NCBI RefSeq assembly: GCF_001194135.2
Contig: NC_068981.1
Coordinates: 58,059,896 to 58,123,895, forward strand
DNA: 64,000 bases
Origin: Octopus bimaculoides
Lineage: Eukaryota
Direction of reading: 5' to 3'
The notes under the pieces are model-generated. The model saw only the letters and a program-made list of their open reading frames with translations, did no database searches and was not told where the DNA came from. Below, one piece after another: positions 1 through 14,132 of this stretch (the first letter of the stretch is position 1; each line of letters starts with the position of its first letter). A program made the translations under genes and the position numbers.

Positions 1-329
1 CCCTCCCCCAGCTTTTAATGCTTCATTCATTAAATTTGTTAATACTAACTACTTTTTCCACGTAGTGGACATCTCTAAATTATTTAATGAATAAATAATG
101 TTTCCTTGTGTGTTTACTTAGTAATTCATTCATCAATACTTTAGCAAGAAGAGACAGGTTATGCATTGCTGAAGAGGTCAGAATAATACAGATGTGTCCA
201 GACTTTTCATAATAGTTATATCTTTCTAGTTAGTATTTTAATGAATTTTAGAATGCTGGTTGTGTTAATTATTAACTTAACCAGTAACCTAACTACTGAA
301 TAGGAGTGATAGTAATCTAGGTTCCAATT

Positions 330-575
330 TTCTCGCCACAGAGTGAGCAGTGACAGCTTGACTTCAAGATTAACACTATACCTTTTATTTGTTTCTGTCA
401 TTGGGACTGTGGCCAAGCTGGGGTACCACCTTGAAGGTTTTTAGTCAAACGTATCAATCCTGGTACTTTTTTAAAGCTTGGTACTTATATTGTGGGTCTC
501 TTATACTGAACTGCTAAGTTATGGGGATGTAAACAAAGTAACACATTGTCAATTGGTGGTGGGGTCAAATACAGA
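330..575. mobile_element. Interspersed SINE/MITE-like repeat
   Basis: Non-coding segment resembling a short interspersed repeat (actgaactgctaagttatggggatgtaaac), ending at a CA/TA microsatellite; boundaries approximate. Confidence 0.4.
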
Positions 576-619
576 CACCTACATATAGATATCTACATAC
601 ATATATATTATATATACTA

Positions 620-965
620 ATTCTAGGTAATTGCACTCCCAGTATTTTAACTCTGGTAATTTGACTACCAGTCAATTTCACACCCAGTAATTTCACTCCC
701 TGTAATTTCACTACTAATATTAGAAAAAAAATAATGATAAAACATTGAAATTCATTATTATTATTATTTGCAGTTGACTTTGCATTCATCCTTTCGGAGT
801 CAAGTACTGGGGTCAATATAATCGACTATCCTCCCCCCATAATTTCAGGCCTTGTGCCTATGGTGGAAAGGATTATTGTTGTTGTTGATGATGATGACTG
901 CCACACTCCTGGTAATTTCACTTCTAATATTAGAAAAAAAATAAAACATTGAAATTCATTATTAT
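620..965. repeat. Short-unit array (ccagtaatttcact-like, ~6 copies) plus ~55-bp direct duplication; probable MULE terminal region
   Basis: Repeated gtaatttcact units at 620-720. taatttcact(a/t)ctaatattagaaaaaaaat...aaaacattgaaattcattattattatt occurs at ~705-765 and again at ~915-968. Confidence 0.6.
770..880 (+). mobile_element. 5'-truncated SINE-like repeat with (ATT/GTT)n tail
   Basis: gttgactttgcattcatcctttc...ccttgtgcctatggtggaaaggattatt; related segments recur at ~30875-31085 (opposite strand), ~57255-57335 and ~60905-61000. Confidence 0.55.
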
Positions 966-1067
966 TATTGTTGTTGATGGTGATTTACAGAGTAATTCAG
1001 TTAACTGAAAGTATCATTTTCAGTCATCCATTCGAGTGTTTTAGTTAAAGAGTTCACAGGTTTACCC

Positions 1068-1560
1068 GTGGTTCATCCCTGCCTCATTCATTACTTAGAA
1101 AAGAAATATTCATACACCATACCTCACGTTTTTAACATTATTCACGGAAGGAAGAAACTTGTGGATGACCTGGATTACATATATGAAGCGCAAAAACAAA
1201 ATACCAATGGATCTAAGACTTACTGGAAATGCAAAATTAAGTCCTGTAAAGCTCGAGTCCACACCATGACACATCATGAAGATGATGCCATAATTAAGCA
1301 CATTGGTGAACATCATCATAGTCTGTGTGCTTCAAAACCTAAAGTTTTCAAAACTTTAGCAGACCCAAAGCTACAAGCAGCTGTTTCCCAGGAATCTTCT
1401 TGTTCATTAATTGCGACTGCTTGTGAAAAGCTTCATGAAAGTTAAATGCTCACATGCCCTCCTCTTCGTGTGTAAGTTGCAATGTAAGTAACTGGCACCA
1501 AGAAAAAGTAAGTGCCCCTCCAATCCCTCAGAATTGATTTGATTATGAGATACTCAAATA
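1068..1560 (+). mobile_element. Mutator/MULE transposase relic with FLYWCH zinc finger
   Basis: KLVDDLDYIYE...TYWKCKIKSCKARVHT...IIKHIGEHHH fits the FLYWCH (WRKY-GCM1-type) pattern. A frameshifted continuation follows (AHMPSSS...APPIPQN*FDYEI), then a SINE; no DDE domain is visible. Confidence 0.8.
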
Positions 1561-4500
1561 CAAGTTCCTTGATAGTGGCAAATTTTTCTTCATGCCACAC
1601 AGTGGGACTGAACCTAGAACCATGTAGTTGGGAAGCAAACTTCTTCCACTCAGCTATGCGTGTCTTTATGTTAACATTAACAAGGATATCTTTTCATTTC
1701 TTTCCTGATCTAGAACTGGTTGTAAATGTTCTGCAAGTACCATCTTAAATGAAGATGGATATGTTAGACAGTGTCATTAATGATAGAAACAAAGACAGTA
1801 TGATGACAGCCAGAATACCATTGATCAAATGTCTAGTTGATTTGTGGATGTCCACAAACTGAAATAAGTTACTTCTTACATTGGCAAAGGCACGTAGTTT
1901 TAGCTAAATGAATCAAACCCAGAGCAAGAGTAATACTTATTTTATCAAACTTGGAGAGAAAAATGAAGCAAGTAGATTGGAATGTTGAGAGTTGGAAACA
2001 AATGCTACAATCTATATAGTTTTGAGTTCAGATTCTGTCATTGACTCAAAGCAAAAAGCTTTTCTCTGGAAGGGAACAATCAATGAAATTTCTACCCCAT
2101 GATACTGTTAAAGTTTCTCTTGACCAGTTGCTAGTCAACATCTTTGAGAAAAGAAAAGAAGTATGCGTTGTGGGTATCTAAGTAGAGATTGTGTGAAATC
2201 AGCCAACTCTAAAAGAGCAGAAACTACTGTAGTGGCAGTATTTAAACTTTAGTAGCAAAATTCAAAACTAAGCATTCTCTCCAAACTCTTGTACCGAGTT
2301 GCATTGATTTCAATACTCTCGTTTGTTTTTATCATATGCACTGACTCTCTTTTATATTGAATTTTATAGTTTAGAATTAATTGATGCTTGATATTGTAGT
2401 TATTTTGGTATATAGTGTTTGTTGCAGTGTTATTTTGGTGTAATGTAAATATATCTGTAAAGAGTTAGGCATGTAGTTGCAGAGGAATGTATCTTGTAAT
2501 TTAGAGTTCATAATGGCTATAAACAGTGTTCTTCAGATCTTGTAAACCTCACAGACACAGTTGCTTAATAACAACCAAACATTCACATTTTAGAAACCCA
2601 GTTCCATAGAAACAAAATGACAATAGCATCAAGCAAACCTTCCAGCACATTATTCACCAACAACATTAGAGTGCACCATCTTAAACCACATATCACACTC
2701 TATAAAAGCAACACACATTTTGGTGAAGTTTAATGCTTTATTTTCAGTGGTGAATCTTAAAAAAAAAAATGCCATTCTGAATATGTTGCATCTTTTAATA
2801 TGTATTTATTATGCATGGAAACTAGCATCTTTAACAAATTAAAATAACCTCACATCAGTAGAAAAAATATATGTTTACTATTTGAAAATACTTCAATCTA
2901 GTTAATTTAAACTCAATGACTTTATAGTTAGAGATCCAAATTTAAACTTAATTATTTGATAATAGTAACCTTATATACAGATTTTATTCAGAGATTTTTT
3001 CTTCATTATTTTAAAATGTTTGTTTAGATAATGAAGGAAAAAGAAAACAGTATGTTATTCAAATGGTAAAAGTAATTCAGTTGGTAATTGTAAATTACAG
3101 TAGAGTTTATTTTTAATTGTATTTGCTATTAAAAAAATATAGCAAAGAACATTTTAATCTGCTTTCTATCAAGTGAATCATAGTTAATGTTTTTCTCCCT
3201 CCAAGCAGTAGCATGGTAACCTGCTACTAAACAGTTCCTAAAATGTTTCAAAGAAAAAAAAATCTAATTATCCTCTTATTGAAAAAAAAAAGAAAGTGTC
3301 AAAGACTAGAAAAAATATATATTAAAAATAGATTTCTATCAGTCAACAGACAAAAGTGCATAAACATAAAAATAACAATACAAAATCAAGCTCAAACAAC
3401 ATTTTATTGAGAAAAATTGCTTTCAAAGATACAAAAATACAATGCTTTCATCAAAGACACAATAATGTTTTATCCTTTTCCATATATATATTTTTTTGAT
3501 AATTTTTTTTTTTTGGCTTAAAGATGTGATCAAGGTATAAGAAAAAATGGTTGAAAAGATAACAGAAGCACCGAGAAGGAGAATAAATCTTTAGAAATAA
3601 AGGCTGTCTGTTGAAGGTGCATACAGAGTTTGAGATGGGTAGGAACAGGAAGGCATTTTATGATGATGTTCAATGAGGGAATACAGATTGAGGCCAATGT
3701 ATAAAATTACGGAGAAAATAATCCTTACAACACATCAACTGATGCTTATAAAAATTTGGTTCATTATTTATTGTTAGAACTGGTTCTAACAAGGAAATTA
3801 TGCAAGGTGTAAAACAATGGCTAGTAATTAACCTTAAAAAATTGTACAGGAGGTATAGTGTCTGACATTAGACAGGCAGTTTTAGCTTTAATTGTACTAT
3901 TGTTTACAGAGTTTTCAGATGTCATGAAATGAGAATGAAGAATTTATTATTAGAATAGATGAAAGGAACATTTGAGGAAGCATAGGGGGAAAGTAATTTA
4001 GTTAATTAAATAATGTTCTCAAATTGGAATACTGAAAATGATATTAACATTTTTTTTTATTATTGGAGATAAAAGAATAATAACCAAGAGAACAGTGATA
4101 ATTAGTTTTTAATAAATATAATTCTGGATATGTGCATTTGTGTACATATGCATGTGTGGGAGATACATGTGCTATGAATGATATTTTGAATAATTTATAG
4201 GTCACCTTTTTTATTTCAAAAACTTAACTCACTGTAATAGTGGATTTTATACTAAAATGTGGGAAAATTAGAAATCAAAGAACTTATTAATAAAATTGCT
4301 GCTGTACAATTGAATAATTTTGAAATTAAACATTTATTACTCTTAACCTAAATTTTATTTCACCGTATCTACCAATGTCTCTTGCACAAGCAGCAAAGGA
4401 GGTTAACAGTAAGGGTTTTATTTTATTTTTCTACTGCATATATTCTAGTTCAATATCTGTTTAATGTCCCGATACATTCTAGCTCTATTTATTATTTGTA

Positions 4501-7500
4501 AATGACATTTATTTCAAGTGTGTGTGTGTGGAGTGGGTACAGAGGTCTAGTTGATTAAATTGACCTCAGTATAGATTGGTATTTACTTAATCAGCCTTAA
4601 GGAGCTGAAAGGTAAAATTGACTTTGGCAGAATATAAATTTTGTGAAACAAATAAAAATTCTTTTACTTTAGCACTTCTGTTCATCAACTCCACTGCCTA
4701 TAATTAAATTAATAATTATATTTGTAGTAGCAGTAAACTCTCACATTTTGCTAACAAAAGCAAAATGTTGCAATGCATATCAACTGAGAAGTTAATGTAT
4801 ATACTATAAAAAGAGCTTCAGAAAGGTTTAGATTGTCAAAATTCTAGAACATATTGTTTAAGCGGATCAAATGTAAACCATAGATTTGACAAGAAAAATG
4901 TACACCTATTCACAAAAGAACTAGATTTCATTCTAATATTCAATGAATCTTTGAACTTTAAAACAGATATTAGCTAAAAATTTAAAATTTTTTAGTAAAT
5001 TGGAATTGCTAGAAAGCCTTTCTTTTTCATGATAGAACACTCATTAGATAAAACAAAGTCAGTTGTCAAACGCTGCCTGGGATTTCAGTATGTAGACATG
5101 GAGTCCATATGTGTGGGGATATAGATATAAATTAGACAAGATGATAAATAGCTTCAGTATGTTAATGGATGAAGGTGGGTTTTTCCCCAAATTTGTCATA
5201 ATTATAATTGAGACAAAAATACTAGAAATGGATCTAAATAAGCATTTTTTAATGAAATGACATATGTAGGTATCAAAAATTACTTTAGTTTAAATGCATA
5301 ATAAACAAAGTCTAAAGTAACTGGTGGTGGTCTGCATTGACAAAACTTTTGAAATGAAGTACATGACTTTGAATAAGTTTATGTCATGGGCAGAGGTGGG
5401 AATATATCATTTCAGGGCTGACATTTCATTTGATACAAAATTAATTTATCAACTAGTTGGAAAATTTATTTTCTCACAAATGAATGGTCAGTCCTGAGAT
5501 GTTAGATTCCTCTTCCCCTTTGACAATACAGACATATCCAAAACCATGTTCTTTGCGTTAAATAATCGACCCTACAAAGTGAAGGTCAAAATATAAGTGA
5601 ACAGAATCGAAAGTTTGACTTAGCACAAGGAAATTTAACAGGAGAACATAGGAAAAAGTGATAGAAATTGATATGGAAGCTATTTAAAGAATATATTGCA
5701 ATTGCTACTAGGAAATAATGAAGGACTTACATAAGTTAGAGATATTCTTTTTGAGCAATTGGTAAGGCTAAAAAATACTGCTAGTAAGTTCAAAGAATTA
5801 TGAGGTTTTATGATATTGAGTTAAGAAGACATGAATAAAATTGTGTATCATTACTTGTGTGCATAGCCACCTTGGTTATGTAAAATATATCTATAAAGCT
5901 CAAAAGTAAGTTCATTGAAATCAGATAATCTTGTCATGGACTAGAGGTCTAAGATGTAAATATAATCAATGTCATAGAGTATAATGTGGGAAAGGCAATT
6001 CCGGATCATTGCTACTGCATGATAAAGTGTTTTGTATAGATTTTACAAAGAGAGTTTCAAGATGGAATGGAAAATGTATATTTGAATGAGACAGTCAAAA
6101 TACAAGTTATGCAAAAAGTTTTGAGGAACAATCTAGTAACAACACAAGTGGCACAGAGAAGATATATAAATGAATAATATATCAGATATAGTTTTTAAAG
6201 ATGAGTTTACCTTCCGAGTAGCTATATTAATACCATCTTAAAATAAACTTAGTGATATTTTCATAGATATTAGAGTAGTTGTCCTTACAGAATCTATTAC
6301 AAAAAACTATGTCAGTTAAGACTGAAATAGAAAATACTTTCATTAATTGCTCTATACATGATTGAAAAAGTTTCTATTGTAATTTAATTAGTATACAAAA
6401 TATATGCTTCTGGGTTAATGTAGTGGTGCAGATTCATAAATTATTAAACTGCAGAATGTTATCCCTAGAGATCATGGCAGGTTGAATTTCAATTATTGTA
6501 CTTAAATTAGAGTTCAAAAGTATATGAAGTTCTCTTTGTATGTTGTTTATAGTTACTATATAAATGTAGACTAACATGAAGAGAAATCCATATTCTACTA
6601 AGGAAAATAGCTGCTGACATTTAACAGTTACAGAACATACGAATGTGCCGATTGCAGTTATGATTTATTATTAGATTCAATATGTTACACAAACTTAAAA
6701 TATACAAGAAATTCATTGCATTCCAGTAATTTCTTTTTTATTTTCATCTGAGATATGAATGAAATATTTTTAATGTCTTTGAGTGTATGTGTGTAATATT
6801 TTTAGAGAAGAGAACAAAAATATATTTTATCAAAATATCTAAATACAACTTTTCGGATGTAATATATTTCCGATTTAAGGTTAACTAATAAAACTAAATT
6901 TTATAAAACACAAGAAAAATAATAGCTCCAGTATCAAGGAAACTTAACCCTTATCAAAGAATAATTTCCTAAAAGTATGTTAAATGTTTATTATAATAAA
7001 ATAGTTTGCAAAGTATGTTATAGTTATTTTCACATGCACACATTTAAGTTGTGAACTTCATAAACATTGGATAAACATGGAACATACTATGATAAGAAAT
7101 TATGATCAATAAAGGTTAAGAAGTAGCATTCTTATTCAAATATTTTTAAATTAGATAAAAAATTTTATCTCAATTTGTAAAGTGCGAGTTTTGAAGGTAA
7201 GTTAAAATAAGGTAGCTAAAGAAACAAAAAGAAGAAAATAACATGGAATTCAAAAATATTAAATCAAAGCTAAGAACGAATCATAAATTCTTACTGAAAG
7301 AAAGCTATCAAATGACTGTACCTCAGATAGTTACAATCAATACAGAAACCAACCCACCTGAGATTGCCTCTGTTCCTGACATAGGACTGTTCATTTTACT
7401 ATGTGAACTTATAATGTTCATATTCCATTATAATTTTATGCTACATTCCAGGCACCAACTTAATAATGATAAAGTTTGTTATTTTACTACAGCCATCCAA

Positions 7501-9439
7501 GTTCTTGATTTGGTCTTGGGTTCAGTTCCACTGTGTAGCACTTTGGACAACTGTCTTCTACTATAGCCATGGGCTGACCAAAGCTTTGTAACTGAGTTTG
7601 TTAGACTGAAAGACACCCATCATATATATATATATCTGTGTGTATTTTTGACAACTGATGTTGGTTTACATCCCTATTTCTTAATAATTTCAGGGAAAAG
7701 TACCAAACTTATAGATAAGTACCAAGGACAATTTATTTGACTAAACCCTAATATGGCCACAGTCCAATGACTGAAACAAGTAAAAGATAAAAAATGTATA
7801 GAGATAAAAATATGGTTATGAAAGAGTTAAGAGGTAAATGATAGGACAACAGATTTAATAAATGTATAAAACAAATCATTTTTGAAGGCTGCGTGTATAG
7901 GGAATTTGTAAAAGAAGCAAAGGAAATATGTTAGAGAGATAAAATTACAGTATTGTTGAGATCAACAGTGGCAAAAGAGATATTAATAATAATTCATAAT
8001 CTGGTTTGTATGGGAATGTAAGACTAACATAACATGTATGAAAGTTATAGAAATTAAGAAGTTTTTATACAGTGATTTTGTTTTTTTAAATACATTAGTA
8101 AGTTTTCTTTTACTATGACATTATGATAAAGTGTTCTGCAAAACAAAAAAGAAAATATATAAGGTTGAAAGGTACAGGTAAATATAACCAGCTCCATAGA
8201 ACCACCTTGCTGTAGAACCTGAATTTTTTGCAAGATGGTGCAAGAATAGAAATATGTCTGTGGTTCATGTAGCAAGTATATCAATGTCTCACAGTCTTAG
8301 CCATATGGCTCTTACAATGAGGATCAGCGGGTCAGGTGGACTGGCTTACAGATCTATTTTGACACAAAATAATAACTTCAAAGTGAACCTCAATATATAA
8401 GGTGTCTAGCAGCTCACTGCAACAAACATGAGATACCTATCATTTTGAGAACAGTTATCAGGACTTCAATTCTATGATGAAGCTTGCACAGCTTCAATAC
8501 CTCAAACAGCTCAGTGTGCAGTCTCATCCCATTATCTGCATAAAGTCCTTTGTTGATGGAAAGCTCACAATAGGATCAGGCTCAGGACATTGGTTGGAAA
8601 TTGTCATACAATATAATACATAGCATGGACTAAATGGTCATTGAATGCTGTCCTCAGAGCAAAGACATCTTCCAGTCTTACCTATGTGGTAAACAACTTT
8701 ATTTAAGGGTAGCACATATAAAGAGACCTAGTAAATGTGGGCTAAAAGAATGCTTGCTCCGATTTCATATGACGCAGAAGCTGATCTCAATTAGTCATCT
8801 CTTTCTGCAGTCCTGAAACTATGGAAGCCAGATAAATTGCAGTGGTTACACTACTTTTTAAATGGTGAACTAATCTACCAGAAATTCATGGTGTTAACAA
8901 TACAATCAAGAACCTAATTTTTCACACCCTCCCTGATACCCCTGTAGGAATAAATGAATGTATAACAACACTGAATATTCTTATGTCCAAGAACCAAGTT
9001 TATAACTATCATTAGTCTTTAGGAATCAACCTTAAGTACCAACCGAAAGGTAAAAGATAAGTTTTACAGAGCCAACTTTGAAAACTCATTCAATTCAATT
9101 CAAGAAGTAAACAAAGGGTTAGTAAAATGATCTAAAATGGCCTGTGTTTGCTCACTTTCTACTCAGAGAGTAAATTGTATATCACAAACATTTTATCAAG
9201 TATATATGTACAAAACATTGTGGAGGCAGATTGATATAAGAAGTGATCATCTTTTGGTTACATTATTATTTGATAAAGGGACTTTTAGGACAGTCTAATG
9301 ATTTATCCCATGTAGAGGGCTCGATGCTTGATGGATTATCAGATATGTTAAAAATGTGCATTTCTGTTCATTCTACATTCAGCACATGGAACACTTTAAT
9401 ACTGCTTCATTAGCTAATCAAAATATTAGTCAAATCAAG

Positions 9440-10450
9440 TCAAAACATTACCTATTGTGGTCTTTGAATTTCCTTTCTTAACCTTTTCCATCATTCTTGA
9501 TTTTGGGCTGTTTTTATACAATCTGATGTTCTTATTCCAGATCATATCTGAATATCATTGAACTACTCTCTTCTTTTGTCATCTTCTCCTTTTGCCATCT
9601 ATTTTTCCAGACATGATTATATTTGCAAGCAACCTAGTCATTCTACTATTGTGACTGAAATACTGCATTTTTCTTTGTCATGTTATTTCTGCGAGTCTTT
9701 CTCTTTATCTAATCAATGCATTAAGTTATTCTAAGACTAACTGGTTAGTCTGAGATTCCTGTTAAGTAATGCCAACAGTTCCAAATGCATCTCATCTTGA
9801 ATACTGACAATTTCCTCATCATCATCATTTAGCATCTATTTTTCATGCTGGCATGGGTTCTCCATGCTATTTGAGCATGTCTATGTTTCCCATCCATACA
9901 AAACAATTGCACTTATCATAGATTGTATTAGCCATAGCTTGTTACTCATTGTAATGTTTTTCTGTTCCAGATCTTTGATCTTTGCTAATTGTTCTATTTC
10001 AATTCACGTCTGTATCTCAGTTCTTTCATCCCCATAACCCAAATTCTCCTCACCATATTTCTTGAATGAATATCTAATATCGTAATATCAAATAATTCAC
10101 TTTTAGGACAGGCTAACAGATCAACATTGTCTGGAAATCTTACGGTTGTGATTAATCTTCTGCCAATCCTGTGCCTTCAGAATCTTCTTGGGCACCAGTC
10201 AGGATTTGTTCAAGAAATATGTTGAAAAGTCCTGGTTATAATGGGCAGCAACTTTGTCTCACTTCAACATTTGCTTCATTATTGCATTATTTCCTTGTCT
10301 TCCAGAACTGCACCAAGTACTTTTCTTGCATAGTTGTCTCAGTATTCCATTCAATTACTATAAAATGTCACACTTTTACAGTGCTCCTCTCCAGACCTTG
10401 GTTTTCATTTCAATTATCTGTTTTACAAGCATTGAAATCTTTCTAGAACC
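9440..10450 (-). mobile_element. Decayed RTE-type LINE fragment
   Basis: Minus-strand reading RIGRRLITTVRFPDNVDLLA near 10110-10170 matches the RT (F/Y)ADD motif context; many stops. Confidence 0.6.
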
Positions 10451-12780
10451 CTGCAAGAAGGGTTTAACGGAAATCAAGATGGAAACAGACATACCAAATT
10501 GTCAAAGATGGGATAAATAGAGAAATAGTTTTATTGAAGACAAAAATAATAACATGCTGATATATAGAACATGAACTGAGGAAAGATGGACAATATATGA
10601 AAGGACTATATTAGTATTCCATTAGAAGAGATTTAACATTATGTACACTCTGGGATAAGAAAGACCAGATGAAGGTTTAGTGCCATATATTCTTAAAAGT
10701 AAAATAGTGGGGAAGCAATAAAACATTTGAAAAACCAACAAAACAATAATAGGTTGTAAACTATCCTAGCAAAATATTACTAGAGTACTAAATTATCTAA
10801 AATTGCATGCACAAAGGATAATTGCTGAAAAAAGAAGCAGGATTCTAATAATGTGTTACAAAATACAACTTCTCAAAATTAATATGGTGGAAAATCTTAA
10901 TACTCCAGAACTTGTACCAAATGTTGATATAGAGAACATGTTACAAAATGAAATTGACAGACTATGTCACAGGTAACCCAATCACTAATAAAGAATGAGT
11001 TCTACAATATGCTTAAAACAGTAAATGGACCTTAGCTGTGCACAGTTGACTTGATACACTCTTATAATGAACAAATCTTAATAAAAAACGAGGGGTAAAT
11101 TCTTGAATGATGAGGTGAGCACTTCTGTTTCCTACTCAATCTAGGGTAATTCTACCAACAATCTACAGGTAAAAAAACTCCTTGAAATTGTCTTTGATCC
11201 AATACTAAATGAAATACAGACAGCAATTCAAAACCTGGAAAACTGAAAATTCCCCGACACATAATATTCCAAATGAAATTTACAAATATGGCAGTGTAAG
11301 TTTAGTAACCAGAATTAATGAAATTATTATTATATGTTAAAAGAACTCTATAATTCTTTTATGTTGGAAATGCACTAGCAGTGTCACTATATAAGAGAGA
11401 GCTGATATTAGAAATAGTCAAGATATATCTCTTTTTTTGATGTGGCAGAAAAAAATCTTGGAATCAGAGGGGAAAATTTTTCAACAATTTGTTCAGAGAT
11501 TTTCCAAAGTTTCACTGTAAATTTTGAGTCAAAACACAGCTGATATATTCATTTCTTGTCTCTTTGTCATGAATCATTGAAAATGACAACGAGATATGTA
11601 CTTTGCCTTTATAAATTTTAACCAAAGCTTCTCATTTTCAACAGATATATTTTGTGATGTGTTTTACAGGGATGTGGTTATCCACCAAAATTCCTCTGAC
11701 TTCTATGACAGTTCCAAGAAAGGATGCGAACTTGGATAATACTTGAAAGAATCCAAAACATTTGATGCTAATGTTAGAGTCAAGCAAGTTTGTGTTCTTG
11801 TCTCTGTGCCCTTCAACATGTTTATAATTCATTGCCACTCTTCTCACAAGTAGATATCAATTCAGTTGATGGGATTCAAATTTGTCATTGTTCAGATGGT
11901 GTTTTTAGTAATCTTCGTAGACTTAAAGTAAGGTTCAAAACACTATTTGAACTCCAGTATGTGGGTGATTCAGCTGCTGTTCCATATCAGCCACAATTGC
12001 TTTGGAATAGTATAATATCAGCATCAAATGCTTACCAATGTGTAAGAATTAAAAATTAATTGTGAAAAAGAAAAAAGAAAAAAAAACTGAAGTCAGTGCT
12101 GCAAGTACCTGAGGAAAAACAAATTCTGTGCATTGCTCATTGATGATACTTTGCTTCAAAATGCACATCACTTCACTTGGAAGTATCATTGTCAGTTTGG
12201 AAACATGTGTATGAGGAAATTCAAAACTCCAAGCTTTCTTCCTCAGCATTATAAAAGAAGTATTTTATAGTCAGGACCTCTGACTGCACACAACGCTGGG
12301 AATATATAGAGTAGTTTACATTTTAATTGTTTTGAGTGGCTGTGAAACTTGGACTCTATCACTGATTTATTTTACATCCACTCCCTCCAATACATTTTGG
12401 GCTAATATGGAGGGACGAGATCTCTTACAGGCAATCTTGAAAACAATTCTATGCGTTGTAAACACGAGGTACAAAGCGCACACTAAAAAAGCAATGAAGG
12501 CATGCTGCAAACCTCTTGCCCAGTTGGAGTGACTCACAAATGAATGATTGTCTCAGTATGGAATCACTTCAGAGTGTGTCTCCCACTTTAAGAAGGATGT
12601 ATGAGCTCAAGGGATAAAAAAAATAATGTCACCAATGACAACATTAAGACAAGGAATCAAGAACAATCTCATTTGTCGAATATCTAATCATTGACAACAG
12701 GATTAGCTTTATAATCATTTGTCATGTGACAAGTCATCAACAAAGAAGAAAAGGAAACATCATTATGTGTCAAGATGGAC
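10450..12780 (+). mobile_element. Decayed RTE (BovB-like) LINE
   Basis: Residual RTE motifs IPNEIYKYG (~11266), DGIQICHCSDGVFSNLRRLKV (ORF 11790-12059) and GCETWTL (~12338); frameshifts and stops. Confidence 0.8.
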
Positions 12781-13974
12781 TATTCAAGGATATGATGAAT
12801 AGTTTATAAACAAAGAAAAGTTAATAGTAGAGAATGTTTGATAAACCCATGTGTATGACAATAAAAGAAGAAAGCTAGATTGTCTTGGAATTCAGTCAAA
12901 GGTTTGAATAAGTAAATGCTTATCAAGATGCTAAATCTCACTGCATATGCAGAAGAGGTATGGGTTAAAGTGTATATGGGGGGGGGGGGGATAGTGTATT
13001 TACAGAGAGGTTCAAAGTGCACAGCTTGTATATGATTTGATCTGGCTGATCAAGATGTAAACTTAAAACCCTGCAAAAAAATTGATTTTTCAATAATAAA
13101 AATTACCTTGATAAGTAAACTTATTAATTTGAAACCAAATTTATTGCTAAAAATAGAAAGAAAATGCCACTTTAAGTGGCCAAGAAAATATTAAAGATTT
13201 CTGAAATTTCTAAATAGCTAGCAACGTGTATATTAATAAAGTAAGATAGTTTTTTCAGTTAATGCTGATTACAATTCACACAGCAGGAATAAATATAAGG
13301 TAGTTTGAAGAAACATGGTAGATGAGTAACAACTAAATGATAGAAAATATGAGAAATTCAAAGCTATATAACTCTAGACTACATAGTTCAGATAGTTTGA
13401 ATTAGCATTTAGGCCTCAGAGGATATTTTTAACTGCTCTCCATTGAATAAGAAAGTGTAAATATATATAAAGATGGATAAAATGTATAAATTGCAAAAAA
13501 ATTTACTATTATGGTAAATTAAATTATATCTTTTGCACATACATACATACACGTGTGTGTGTTTGTAATGTGCATGTGTACAGGCACATACTAAAACCTA
13601 ACTATATACATTTCTCCTTTTTAATGACATTATTTAATCAAGTAAGCTATTTAAATATCTGATTTTGTTTACTAGAATAGCATTTTTTAAAGCAATTTCA
13701 TATAGCTTAGCCATCTTGGAAAATGCCTACATCCAACACAGCTAAAGATTCCAATGGCTCAGCAAACTCATTCTCAGGTATAAATGTAACATCATGCAGT
13801 AAGAACTTTGTCAATCACTCACTGGTTATCTATTTAAAGCTGTAAATAGCTGTAGTAGATCTACACTTACAGTTTTCATCTCAAGTCCTGAACCCTCATC
13901 TTGTCCAGAATATTAGTTGTGCTGGTACCACATTAAAAGCACTGGTGCTGGTGCCATACTAAAATTACTCAGTA

Positions 13975-14132
13975 CACACTGTAAAGTGGTTGGTTTTAGG
14001 AAGGACATTGAGCCATAGAAACCATGCCAAAACAGACAATGGAACCTGGTGCAGCCCCTGCATTACCAGCTCCTGTTAAACTGTTCAACTCATGCCAGCA
14101 TGAAAAATGGACATTAAATGATAATGATGATG
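13975..14132 (+). mobile_element. SINE-like repeat 3' part with (GAT)n tail
   Basis: Same family as 60050-60205, 58902-59110, 46640-46810 and 55100-55265 (aaaccatgccaaaacagac...cccatgccagcatg...cattaaatgatgatg). Confidence 0.65.

Noticed and set aside
1745-1860. Acceptor-like site followed by a short hydrophobic frame (FVDIHK...IFI*) on the minus strand
   Set aside because: Only 37 codons, no recognisable family and no upstream partner exon.
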